Made by a program: the position numbers and the translations under genes
IMG/VR virus record: IMGVR_UViG_3300033145_000692
Coordinates: 1 to 64,000 of that record
Direction: 5' to 3' (one strand)
From: a virus
Length of the DNA stretch: 64,000 nt
Notes under the pieces: model-generated
Told to the model about the DNA's origin: nothing
The model's input: only the letters and a program-made list of their open reading frames with translations
Databases searched by the model: none
Part shown: in pieces, positions 45,945-54,697 of the stretch
Numbering within the stretch: position 1 is the stretch's first letter
Layout: the number at the start of each line of letters is the position of its first letter

Positions 45945-46667
45945 TTAACGTGCTCTTTCGTCACCCTTGGTGTCTTCAACCTTCTCCGTACCACTGTCAG
46001 AGGGGTTCAAAAACCTCTCCATTTCGCGGAGTACCTGCTCGCGGCTGGGGAGACTGTTGAATGGCGTGCTGCACTTCACCACGACTGGTGCGTGCCACGA
46101 CCACTTCTTCTTCTCGACCAACTTGACATTCAGTCGGCACGGGAGGGGTCCGTGCGGTTCCACATTCAGATTTCGCTTCTTTATATCCTCAGCCGTCGTG
46201 GTGAGGAAGGGGAAGATTTTCTTCGACTCGGAGCGAGTCGACTTAGTCCCACAGAAGTACTCCAAGAAACGACCGGTGGTTCGCTCATAGACGAGGAAGC
46301 TCGTCCCATACATACAACCACTGTTCTGCTCCGAACTGGCGGCGGCGATCCGTCCAAATTCTTCCGACTCCATATCATAGTTCGTGATGATGGCATCAGT
46401 GTCGCTCAAATCAAGAGCTTTCGGGCGTCGTGCGAGCGGAATCAGATCGACAGTCTTACCGAGATCGGTAATCTGATCGTCTCCTTCGGGAATACCCCAG
46501 TGACCGGGCGCGATGAGTTCCTTGTTGATCGCCGAGCCTTTGGAATAGAGTTGGAGCCGACCGAGGAAATCGCCACCCTTTGCCAGATCGTCAAAACCGT
46601 CATCCGAACCGAGTTGCACGGAGGGTAGATTCTCGAAAGCGGGTACCAAAGCTGTTTTGTCACTCAT
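45945..46667 (-). CDS. Putative single-stranded DNA-binding / recombination protein
   Basis: Position in the replication module; GRLQLYS...KKKWSWHAP and charged C-terminal tail. Confidence 0.45.
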   Translation of the reverse strand: MSDKTALVPAFENLPSVQLGSDDGFDDLAKGGDFLGRLQLYSKGSAINKELIAPGHWGIPEGDDQITDLGKTVDLIPLARRPKALDLSDTDAIITNYDMESEEFGRIAAASSEQNSGCMYGTSFLVYERTTGRFLEYFCGTKSTRSESKKIFPFLTTTAEDIKKRNLNVEPHGPLPCRLNVKLVEKKKWSWHAPVVVKCSTPFNSLPSREQVLREMERFLNPSDSGTEKVEDTKGDERAR

Positions 46668-46722
46668 TGAAAATTCCTTGTGTTGAAAATGATGGTTGTT
46701 CCGAACGAGAATGCTGTGTCTG

Positions 46723-47604
46723 TCAATCTCCTTTCACCCACCGTTTGCGGGCTTTCTTACGGGCGGCATCTTCCTGTTTCTTCTGACTCTCGGGGTCAAG
46801 ATGAAGAACCCATTCCAATGCAGCTTTCCAACCTTCCATGGCGTTACTGTAATCACCTATGGTCAATAGGAGAGGTGCTTCAACACCTTTTTCAAACTCT
46901 TCCCTGACATCCTTCAATGACCTCAAGTATGGTTGGACTTGAAAATCCCTCGTGAAGAAATCCTCAAGTTTCCCCTGCTTCACTGCCTCTTTGAATTGCT
47001 TGACTACACCTGCCGCTAAGACTTTGAACTCCATCTCACCCATCAGCTTCGCTTCATCAATGAAATTGACCCTCAACCTGGGAGGTATCTTCGATAACAT
47101 GTAGGCGTTACCCAGGTTAATCTCACCACGGTCGACTGCTCTCTGTGTTGATGTGTCAAGTCTGAGGAGTCCGAGTTGTTGACTTACCCAACCTGGTTTC
47201 TTGTTGACCAAGCTAGCCAATTCTATCAGTGTGATGTCAGGTCTGACCTTCTGAATCCGCCTGATCTGATTGGCGAATTCAATTGGTTTGGTTTCTGGTC
47301 GGATGGCATTTGCTTGAATCTGTAACGCAAGTACATCGTCATCCGACACATGGTGTTTGATGATACAGGGGACAGATGGTAGTCCGACCTCCCTGGCACA
47401 TGTTGTCCGCCACAGCCCATCAATGACCTCGAAATGATCCGACTGCCGTTGACTTGGTCTGACTGATATCGAGTTGAGAAACCCTATCTCTTTGATGGAC
47501 TCAAACAGTTCAAGGTATTCCACTGATTCAGTTGCGACCGGTCTGAGCAGCACCTGTGGATCAACAAGCTGATCGGTAGGTATTTCATGGAACTGGTCAT
47601 TCAT
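46723..47604 (-). CDS. parB: ParB/Spo0J-like protein (second, degenerate GxxR motif)
   Basis: LELFESIKEIGFLNSI, VIDGLWR, QANAIR, HTH. Confidence 0.8.
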   Translation of the reverse strand: MNDQFHEIPTDQLVDPQVLLRPVATESVEYLELFESIKEIGFLNSISVRPSQRQSDHFEVIDGLWRTTCAREVGLPSVPCIIKHHVSDDDVLALQIQANAIRPETKPIEFANQIRRIQKVRPDITLIELASLVNKKPGWVSQQLGLLRLDTSTQRAVDRGEINLGNAYMLSKIPPRLRVNFIDEAKLMGEMEFKVLAAGVVKQFKEAVKQGKLEDFFTRDFQVQPYLRSLKDVREEFEKGVEAPLLLTIGDYSNAMEGWKAALEWVLHLDPESQKKQEDAARKKARKRWVKGD

Positions 47605-47631
47605 CAGGTGCCACTATCTGAGTTTCGTCCG

Positions 47632-47949
47632 CTATGTACAAAGGTAGTAAGAGCATTTGTGTGGTTGAATAATCACACAAATGGAAAAACCGTCAGAAAA
47701 GTCAAAATAACTCAAACCGGACCATCCGAGCAATGAGAAGGCGGATATGTGACTTTCAAAAATTTTCACATGTGCTTAAAATGGATATAGAGGTCGTTAT
47801 TCGTTACTTTTCGACCTAAGTACCTGGTGTACAAGGTGGTTACGAAAGGGAGGTTGAGTAACCATTTGCTGGTTGAACCCTTTTTTTGACAAAATCGGAA
47901 CTTCCGAGATTTTTTAGAGCCTCAATGCTCTTACTACCTTTGTACATAG
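47632..47949. repeat. Perfect 26-bp inverted repeat (47632-47657 / 47924-47949) bounding the divergent intergenic region
   Basis: ctatgtacaaaggtagtaagagcatt / aatgctcttactacctttgtacatag. Confidence 0.95.
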
Positions 47950-47987
47950 GGGGACATTTTCCCTTTAACCTTTAGCATGGAGTTCGT

Positions 47988-50723
47988 ATGTCGACCAAGT
48001 TCATCACAGAAGCTGTCGTTGCCTTCCTCACAGCCAGGCGCGGCGAGCACCCAGGGCAAGACCTGCTCGATCACTACCTGAAATATGGTACCGCCATGGA
48101 GACACAGGTCAATGTCGCTGCCGGTCCCCGGGGAGAACCAGTCGATGGCAAGCGTGCCACCTGGACAGATGGGATCAACGAGTGGTGGAACATCAGGATA
48201 CCTAAGAACTCCTATGATGATCCGAAGTTCAAGGATTACCGACTCTCGTGGCCACTGGAGGAGCACGCCGAGGGTATCGGCACCACGGGTTGGGATTGGA
48301 AGGAACGTTGCAGCCGTTGGCTTGGCTTCGACTTCGATGCTCTTACTGGGCACGCCGCCGGTGTTGGTATCGACGAGGATGCCCTTGTGGATGTCCAGAG
48401 GGCTGCTGAGGCTCTCCCATTCGTTGAGGTTCGTCAGTCGACTGGTGGGAAAGGAATCCATCTCTACGTCTACGTGGACGCTATCCCGACCTCTAACCAC
48501 ACCGAACACGCCGCTCTCGCGAGATGTGTCCTCGGGATGATGTCTTCTGAGACCGGCTTCGACTTCGCCTCGCAGATCGACTGCTGTGGTGGTGTGATGT
48601 GGATTTGGCACAAGAAGCTGACCTTGGAGAATCAAGGACTCTCGTTGCTCAAGTCGGCTGAGAAGACCTTGACTCTCGATGACCTCCCCTCCAACTGGAT
48701 GGATCACGTTGAAGTTGTACGTGGTAAAAGAGCTAAGGTCCGAATCGGTGGTATCAAAGATGAGGACATTGATCCGTTTGATCTGTTGGCTTCAGCCCGT
48801 AGAATGACCCCTCTCGATGACATCCACAAAGAAATCATTGACGAACTTGCACGCTCAGGCTTCTCTACAGTCTGGGTCCCTGATCACCATCTGTTGCAGA
48901 CGCACACCTGTGCCCTCAAAGAGTTGATGGAAGATGATAGCAAGGCTGAAGAGTTCAAAATCCGTGGCTATTATGACACGACCTCTGAGGGAACCGATCG
49001 GGCAAGTCCCAATTGTTTTATGTTCCCACTACCAAGTGGCGCATTCAAAGTCTATCGGTTCTCCCAAGGGGTATCCGAATCTCCCACCTGGCAACAGGAT
49101 GGCGAGGGGTGGACTACATGCTTCTACAACCACGACCCTGATCTGAAGACAGCGTCTCGTGCCCTTGGTGGGGCTGAGCTTCCTGATAACAAGGGGTTTC
49201 AGTTTGAGTACGCTGAGAGTGCGATTAAAGTCGCCAAGTCCCTCGGTCAAGATGTTGTGCTTGACAAGAAGTTTCTCAGTCGTGAGACGATACTTCGACC
49301 TAACAAAGATGGACGCCTGGTGGCTCGCATCAAAGCTGACAAAGGTGACCCGAAACCGGATTCAAGTTGGGTTGCTGGACGTGGTGGTTGGTGGGAGAAA
49401 GTCTTCGGCATCAAGACGGAACCCAATGTTGACTCCACTGGTACTGCCGAATTTGATGATCGTCTACGAACGTTGGTGACCTCTCAGTGTGAGTCGGCTG
49501 GATGGTACGTTCAAGCTACCAATGGCTTATGGCAAAGGCGTCCGCAGAGCGAGTGTAAAAACTGGCTCCAAAGCAAGGGCATCGCGAAACCTGATGCCGA
49601 TATAGTTCTTGGTAACTGTATCGACAAGCCATGGGAATTAGTGAGTATGCCTTTTAAGAACGAGTACCCGGGTGACCGCCAGTGGAACTTCAACACGCCA
49701 AGATTCGTCTACGAACCTGCTGATCTTGGAGACAGCGAAGTGCCAGTACATCCACACTGGAACAAAGTTCTTCAACACTGCTTCTGTGACCTTGACGCCG
49801 AACTCAAAGAACTTACCTGGGCTCAAGAGGCTAACATCCGAAACGGGTATCAGTTTGGTTTAGCATGGATCGCTTGTTGCTTCCGTGACCCATTTGAACC
49901 CCTGCCATTCCTATTCTTCTTTGGGAATCAGAACAGTGGGAAGTCGATTCTCCATGAAGCTCTATCCACGTTGGTCACAGGGGGTGTTGTCAGTGCTGAC
50001 CGTGCCCTTACGAACAACAACCAGTTCAATGGTGAGTTGGCAAATGGAGTCCTGGCGATTGTGGAGGAAAAGAACATCGCTGGAAGCTCTACGGCGTACA
50101 ATCGAATCAAGGAGTGGGTGACCAGTAAGACATTATGGATTCGTAAAATGCGAATGGACGCCTACCCACAACCCAACACTTTGCATTTCATGATGATGGC
50201 AAACGAACAGGAAGCTTGTCCGGTCGTTGGAGGTGACACTCGAATCATGGTGATTGAAGTTCCTGACCTCCTCCCAGACCAGGAAATACCTAAGATTGAA
50301 CTTCTAAAACTGCTGAAGACTGAGGCTCCTCACTTCATGCGAACCCTAATGAACGTTGAGCTTCCACAGGTCCATGGTCGTCTACGTCTTCCGGTTGTTG
50401 ACACCTACAAGCGTCAGCAGTCACAGGATATGAGTCGATCCCTCTTGGAGACATTCATTGGCGATAACTGTCACTATGCTCCGGGTGAAAAGATTCTATT
50501 TAGTGAATTCCATGAGAAGTTCATCCGTTCTCTTGAGAACGAAGAGCGGTTCGAGTGGAGTAAAACCAAAGTAACCCGTGGTCTGCCTTCAGACCATCAG
50601 AGTGGTGCTTCTGGTGGTAGCAATCAGCGACATGTGTCAAACATCTCGTGGAAAGCTCCGAAGAACACCGACGCTACCCCGTTAGTTTGCATCAATGGCC
50701 GTTTGAAGTTGAGGGAGAATTAA
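47988..50723 (+). CDS. Primase-helicase (AEP-type primase fused to a D5/VirE-like P-loop helicase)
   Basis: GFDFD, STGGKGIH, FGNQNSGKS, IVEE. Confidence 0.85.
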   Translation: MSTKFITEAVVAFLTARRGEHPGQDLLDHYLKYGTAMETQVNVAAGPRGEPVDGKRATWTDGINEWWNIRIPKNSYDDPKFKDYRLSWPLEEHAEGIGTTGWDWKERCSRWLGFDFDALTGHAAGVGIDEDALVDVQRAAEALPFVEVRQSTGGKGIHLYVYVDAIPTSNHTEHAALARCVLGMMSSETGFDFASQIDCCGGVMWIWHKKLTLENQGLSLLKSAEKTLTLDDLPSNWMDHVEVVRGKRAKVRIGGIKDEDIDPFDLLASARRMTPLDDIHKEIIDELARSGFSTVWVPDHHLLQTHTCALKELMEDDSKAEEFKIRGYYDTTSEGTDRASPNCFMFPLPSGAFKVYRFSQGVSESPTWQQDGEGWTTCFYNHDPDLKTASRALGGAELPDNKGFQFEYAESAIKVAKSLGQDVVLDKKFLSRETILRPNKDGRLVARIKADKGDPKPDSSWVAGRGGWWEKVFGIKTEPNVDSTGTAEFDDRLRTLVTSQCESAGWYVQATNGLWQRRPQSECKNWLQSKGIAKPDADIVLGNCIDKPWELVSMPFKNEYPGDRQWNFNTPRFVYEPADLGDSEVPVHPHWNKVLQHCFCDLDAELKELTWAQEANIRNGYQFGLAWIACCFRDPFEPLPFLFFFGNQNSGKSILHEALSTLVTGGVVSADRALTNNNQFNGELANGVLAIVEEKNIAGSSTAYNRIKEWVTSKTLWIRKMRMDAYPQPNTLHFMMMANEQEACPVVGGDTRIMVIEVPDLLPDQEIPKIELLKLLKTEAPHFMRTLMNVELPQVHGRLRLPVVDTYKRQQSQDMSRSLLETFIGDNCHYAPGEKILFSEFHEKFIRSLENEERFEWSKTKVTRGLPSDHQSGASGGSNQRHVSNISWKAPKNTDATPLVCINGRLKLREN

Positions 50724-50725
50724 GC

Positions 50726-51205
50726 ATGAGTATGAAGTACGCCGAAGGCGATATCAACAGTGACGCAAAAGGTTCTGGTGCCCGCGCCAACCAAGGGAAG
50801 ATCGACATGACTCTGGTGCCAATAATGTTGCTCGGGGGAGTCACCCGTGTGTTCATGGGTGGCAAATTGAAGTACGCCGAATTCAACTGGGCTAAAGGGA
50901 TGGCTTGGGGTACAGCGATGGCTTGCACATTGCGGCACCTATTCAAGTGGTGGTTCCTTCGTGAGGAAATCGACCCGGAGAGTGGTGAACACCATCTCGA
51001 CCATGTCCTCGCCAATGTCTTCATGATGAAGCATTACACCAAGGCATACCCTGAGGGTGACAACCGCCCGCCCGAGTCTGCAATGTTCGGGGTGTGGATG
51101 GATGACTTCTGTCAAACCTTCGATGAGGAAGCCTACCTGGACCGGAACCCTGATATCAAGAAGGCTGTTGAACTCAAAAGAGCGGGAGACAGGGATGGCT
51201 CTTAA
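50726..51205 (+). CDS. DUF5664-type dATP/dGTP diphosphohydrolase
   Basis: GARANQGK, GKLKYAEFNWAKG, LRH, DPESGEHHLDH. Confidence 0.85.
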   Translation: MSMKYAEGDINSDAKGSGARANQGKIDMTLVPIMLLGGVTRVFMGGKLKYAEFNWAKGMAWGTAMACTLRHLFKWWFLREEIDPESGEHHLDHVLANVFMMKHYTKAYPEGDNRPPESAMFGVWMDDFCQTFDEEAYLDRNPDIKKAVELKRAGDRDGS

Positions 51206-51707
51206 ACGTCTACCAGATTTCAGCAGGGGAGACATCAAACGTTTCTGGTCCAAAGTGGATAGGAAGCATAAAAGCGAGTGTTGGGCTTGGAAGGCTTCCG
51301 GAGATATTGACAAGCGAGGTCAGTTCAGGTATTGTAGAAACGGCAAGTCTCAGTACTTGAAAGCCCCTCGTGTTGCTTGGATGTTATTACGTGGTTATGA
51401 CCCTTACCCTGCTTTGGTTCTCCATAACTGCAACAATCCAAACTGCTGTAACCCACATCACTGTCGGCTCGGTGATGATGCTGACAACCGTAGAGATAGT
51501 GAAGAAGCTGGAACCCATTGTCATGGGACTCAACACGGTATGGCGAAGCTCACAGAAGATGATGTTAAGGAGATTCGACGTGCCCTATCGGAAGGTACAA
51601 CTGGTGTGGAGCTTGCTGAGCGTTACCAAGTGTACCCGACCCTTATTAGTAAAATCAAGAATAGACATCTCTGGAAACATATCCCCGAGGAGGTATGCAA
51701 CAAATGA
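51195..51707 (+). CDS. HNH homing endonuclease with C-terminal HTH (intact)
   Basis: RFWSKVD..ECWAW, VLHNCNNPNCCNPHH...DN, AKLTEDDV..IR, WKHI. Confidence 0.88.
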   Translation: MALKRLPDFSRGDIKRFWSKVDRKHKSECWAWKASGDIDKRGQFRYCRNGKSQYLKAPRVAWMLLRGYDPYPALVLHNCNNPNCCNPHHCRLGDDADNRRDSEEAGTHCHGTQHGMAKLTEDDVKEIRRALSEGTTGVELAERYQVYPTLISKIKNRHLWKHIPEEVCNK

Positions 51708-52327
51708 CCCCACAGATTCATAACGGACTCGTCCATCTCAATGGGTGCCTACTGGCGTCCATTGACTTTGAGACTACAGGTCTCCGAGCAGGGTATCACG
51801 AGATCATTCAGATCGCTGTCGTGCCTCTCAATGCGGACCTGCGACCTGCGACCAACTTGCGACCATTCTATCACAACATTGCTCCGGAATTCCCAGAGAG
51901 AGCAGATAGGAAATCAGGTAAGGTACATGGACTCGATCTCGATTGGCTAATGATGAACGCACCTTCACATGACAAGGTTGCCGATATGTTGGTTGAGTGG
52001 AGTGAGAGTCTCGATCTTCCAGTGAATAGGTCGATTGTACCTCTTGCCCACAACTGGGCGTTTGAAGCTGCACACGGTAAGGCATGGTTAGGCGATGATC
52101 TGTTTGGTCACCTGTTCCATTCCCATGCCCGCGATGGTATGCTTCTCGCAGTGTCGATAAATGATCGAGCAGCTTTCCTAGGACTGCCAATACCATTCTC
52201 GTATGTTGGGCTGAATGCACTGTGTGACAAGTTCAAGATTGTAAACGAAAATGCACACGAGGCACTCAGTGACGCGAGGGCTGAAGCTGAAGTCTATCGG
52301 TCCCTCCTACACTATGAGGTATTTTGA
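51704..52327 (+). CDS. DEDDh 3'-5' exonuclease (DnaQ-like)
   Basis: SIDFETTG, AHNWAFE, HEALSDA; start may be 51695. Confidence 0.85.
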   Translation: MTPQIHNGLVHLNGCLLASIDFETTGLRAGYHEIIQIAVVPLNADLRPATNLRPFYHNIAPEFPERADRKSGKVHGLDLDWLMMNAPSHDKVADMLVEWSESLDLPVNRSIVPLAHNWAFEAAHGKAWLGDDLFGHLFHSHARDGMLLAVSINDRAAFLGLPIPFSYVGLNALCDKFKIVNENAHEALSDARAEAEVYRSLLHYEVF

Positions 52328-53076
52328 TGTCCTTCTACACCCCAGGCAAGCCGTTCTCTCTTGCGAATTGGAACAGTTTGATTGATGCTGTCAATGCGCT
52401 ATTACAGGACCCACCCGATGGCTGTGATCCCATTGACCCAATAGACAACGTCACCGACCCACACAGGTGGGCGGTCGATGACATAGAAGTCGTACGTAAT
52501 AAGCTCATCGAAACCTGCCCCGACATCAGCTTCTCTGAGGAGACAGTGATGTGGAAACAAGGGATCATTGATGAGATTGAGTCCGTCTTCGGAGATGTGT
52601 GGTGTGACTGTTGTGATGATGAGTTCCTCAATAGTGAACATGGGACAACACTTCAACTGTTCGCAATCGAACCTCAAGTCTATGCGGCTTTCTGTAATCC
52701 CAAACCACTGATGTACCCATTGAGTGGTTTGGTCAGTGGATTGCATCCAGGTAAAGAAGGGATCATTGGACGGTCTTGGAGATTCTATCTGACCACATCT
52801 TTTGACAGTCCTGACTGGATGTACTTGGCGGATCATGGTTCACCGGGTGGTTACTCAGGAGGTGGCCTTGACTGTAAAGGTGTGGTGACCTACAGTGAGG
52901 GATACATGGTCGACCCCGCGTGGGGTGTCTATCTCCCCTGCTCTGCATGCAACCAAGCGTGTCTAGACATCATCGCATTCTACGAAGCGAATTGGCTCCC
53001 GACTGCCCCGACTCTGTATGGGACGATATTGTTCAACACCCTCAATGCGGAGTGCGCCGATTGTGACAAACTCTAA
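52327..53076 (+). CDS. Cys-rich hypothetical protein (possibly virion-associated)
   Basis: TGATG-coupled ORF with many Cys. Confidence 0.6.
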   Translation: MSFYTPGKPFSLANWNSLIDAVNALLQDPPDGCDPIDPIDNVTDPHRWAVDDIEVVRNKLIETCPDISFSEETVMWKQGIIDEIESVFGDVWCDCCDDEFLNSEHGTTLQLFAIEPQVYAAFCNPKPLMYPLSGLVSGLHPGKEGIIGRSWRFYLTTSFDSPDWMYLADHGSPGGYSGGGLDCKGVVTYSEGYMVDPAWGVYLPCSACNQACLDIIAFYEANWLPTAPTLYGTILFNTLNAECADCDKL

Positions 53077-53587
53077 CATCAGCATCCTACCATGCAAAAC
53101 CCGTCTGGAAGGAGTCAAGGGTAGTGACATCATCTTCCTACTATGCCACTGCAAGGAACACCCTTCGTACAAGCAACGTGTAACTGATGACATCTGCAAC
53201 AAATGTCACCTCCGAGTAGGGACCGATCAACCTGAGGATCGAATCATGGTAAGCAAGCCTGAGCCGCCCAGGAAGGGGTCAGGAGAGCCTCCGACGATCA
53301 CCCCTGATGGAACACTCATCTACGTCCAGAGGGGCTGGCAGCCACCACCATGCCCGCCTGGATACCGGAGGCGGTCAAATAACCTGAAGACACCGGATGC
53401 CTGGGTTCTGGAGCCACTGAAGCCTCTATGCGACCACCTCAGACTGGTGATTGGTGAGCAAGGTGCTTGCCTATGTCGCCGCGTCGTACCGACCTGTGTT
53501 TACCAGGGACGATCGTTGAAGGTGACCTCTCAGACCTGCCAGACGTGCCAGACGTGTAAGGAGCCAGGGTATGTCAAGACCCCATAG
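53063..53587 (+). CDS. Cys-rich protein, paralog family member 1
   Basis: DGTLIY..RGWQPP..PPGYRRRSNNLKTPDAW. Confidence 0.65.
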   Translation: MTNSNISILPCKTRLEGVKGSDIIFLLCHCKEHPSYKQRVTDDICNKCHLRVGTDQPEDRIMVSKPEPPRKGSGEPPTITPDGTLIYVQRGWQPPPCPPGYRRRSNNLKTPDAWVLEPLKPLCDHLRLVIGEQGACLCRRVVPTCVYQGRSLKVTSQTCQTCQTCKEPGYVKTP

Positions 53588-53846
53588 AATGTCTGACGGG
53601 ACACTTGTCTATATCAAGAAGGGGTGGGAGCCACCCGCAGTACCGGAAGGGTATCGCCGGAAATCGAACAACCTCAAGAGTCCAGATGCTTGGATTCTGA
53701 TCCCTGTGCTGCCGCCATGTGAAACCAGGGAGTCGACGGAGGAGATGGGTAGATGTGGTGCTATCAAGATCATGTACCATTGCCGAGGTGCTAGGATTCA
53801 CGATCTAACAACTTGCCACAAATGCACAAGGAGAAAACATGAGTAA
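53571..53846 (+). CDS. Cys-rich protein, paralog family member 2
   Basis: DGTLVY.KKGWEPP..PEGYRRKSNNLKSPDAW. Confidence 0.7.
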   Translation: MSRPHRMSDGTLVYIKKGWEPPAVPEGYRRKSNNLKSPDAWILIPVLPPCETRESTEEMGRCGAIKIMYHCRGARIHDLTTCHKCTRRKHE

Positions 53847-54351
53847 TTGCAAAGACTGTCCCGACACACAGATCACCTTTGGGAAGAATCGAACTGTCGA
53901 GACCAACCATCCTCTCTTCAGGGTCTTTTGCGTGGGTGGGGATGGACTTCCATCATTTGGCGAGTTGAGACTTTCAATACCAGTAGGGTATGATCGAGTT
54001 GAGATCGACTCAGAAGGTGTGATAGTATACAAAAAAGAAGACCTCGACGACTGGGAGTCGCCAAGGTCCATTGATGGTTTTGAACGTGACTCAGAAAACC
54101 CCCATGTCTTCAGACCTCTATGGGTACCCTGTAAGTCACGGCTGTATAGTGTCATTGTCAGAGAAAAATGTCAGTGTGTTGATGTACTCGCCGAATGTAT
54201 GCACAACCTACCCGAAAAAGAAGTCGATCGGTTTGTCGAGTATGAAGACTGTGAAAAGTGCCCATACCTCCGACCATACCAGAGGTCAAAGCCTGTGAAG
54301 AAGACTGTTAGCAGTCTTCGGGTTCCAAATCTTCCCCGTAGTGCCATGTGA
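53839..54351 (+). CDS. Cys-rich protein, paralog family member 3
   Basis: EGVIVYKK...WESP..IDGFER...PC...CEKC. Confidence 0.65.
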   Translation: MSNCKDCPDTQITFGKNRTVETNHPLFRVFCVGGDGLPSFGELRLSIPVGYDRVEIDSEGVIVYKKEDLDDWESPRSIDGFERDSENPHVFRPLWVPCKSRLYSVIVREKCQCVDVLAECMHNLPEKEVDRFVEYEDCEKCPYLRPYQRSKPVKKTVSSLRVPNLPRSAM

Positions 54352-54634
54352 GATATGTGCGATACAGTCTGGCATAAGCCAAACCCCATTCGGCTCCATG
54401 GTCATCAACATCGTTACCGTGCCAAGTCAGAGCGTGAGCCCATTCATGTAGGAGAGTATCGAGTCGAAGGTTGAAGCACTGCTTCTTCTGGATTCTGATC
54501 TCGAAACCGTGATTGACGTATTCGCACTCACCTTGCATTTTAATATCCAACTGACGCACCCGTACTTTTCTCAACGGGTACTCACGCCTTAACCAACACA
54601 GGATTTTTCTCCATTTGGTTTTCTTCGTAAGCAT
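54308..54634 (-). CDS. SprT-like zincin metallopeptidase
   Basis: DTLLHEWAH...DHGAEW. Confidence 0.75.
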   Translation of the reverse strand: MLTKKTKWRKILCWLRREYPLRKVRVRQLDIKMQGECEYVNHGFEIRIQKKQCFNLRLDTLLHEWAHALTWHGNDVDDHGAEWGLAYARLYRTYLTWHYGEDLEPEDC

Positions 54635-54649
54635 GATCAGTCCCCTATG

Positions 54650-54686
54650 ACACCCACCTTGGCTCCGTGCCAGGGTGGGTGTTTTC
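54650..54686. terminator. GC-rich hairpin, probable terminator
   Basis: acacccaccttggc/gccagggtgggtgt followed by a T-run on the + strand. Confidence 0.7.
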
Positions 54687-54697
54687 ATTTGGTCAGG

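Noticed and set aside
307-47423. Numerous + strand ORFs in the track (and - strand ORFs within 47934-54155)
   Set aside because: They are antisense shadows of well-supported genes and lack RBS or motifs.
50726-51205. dZ (2-aminoadenine) or 7-deazaguanine genome implied by DUF5664
   Set aside because: No purZ, queC/D/E, folE or dpdA is recognisable in the window, and DUF5664 also occurs on its own.
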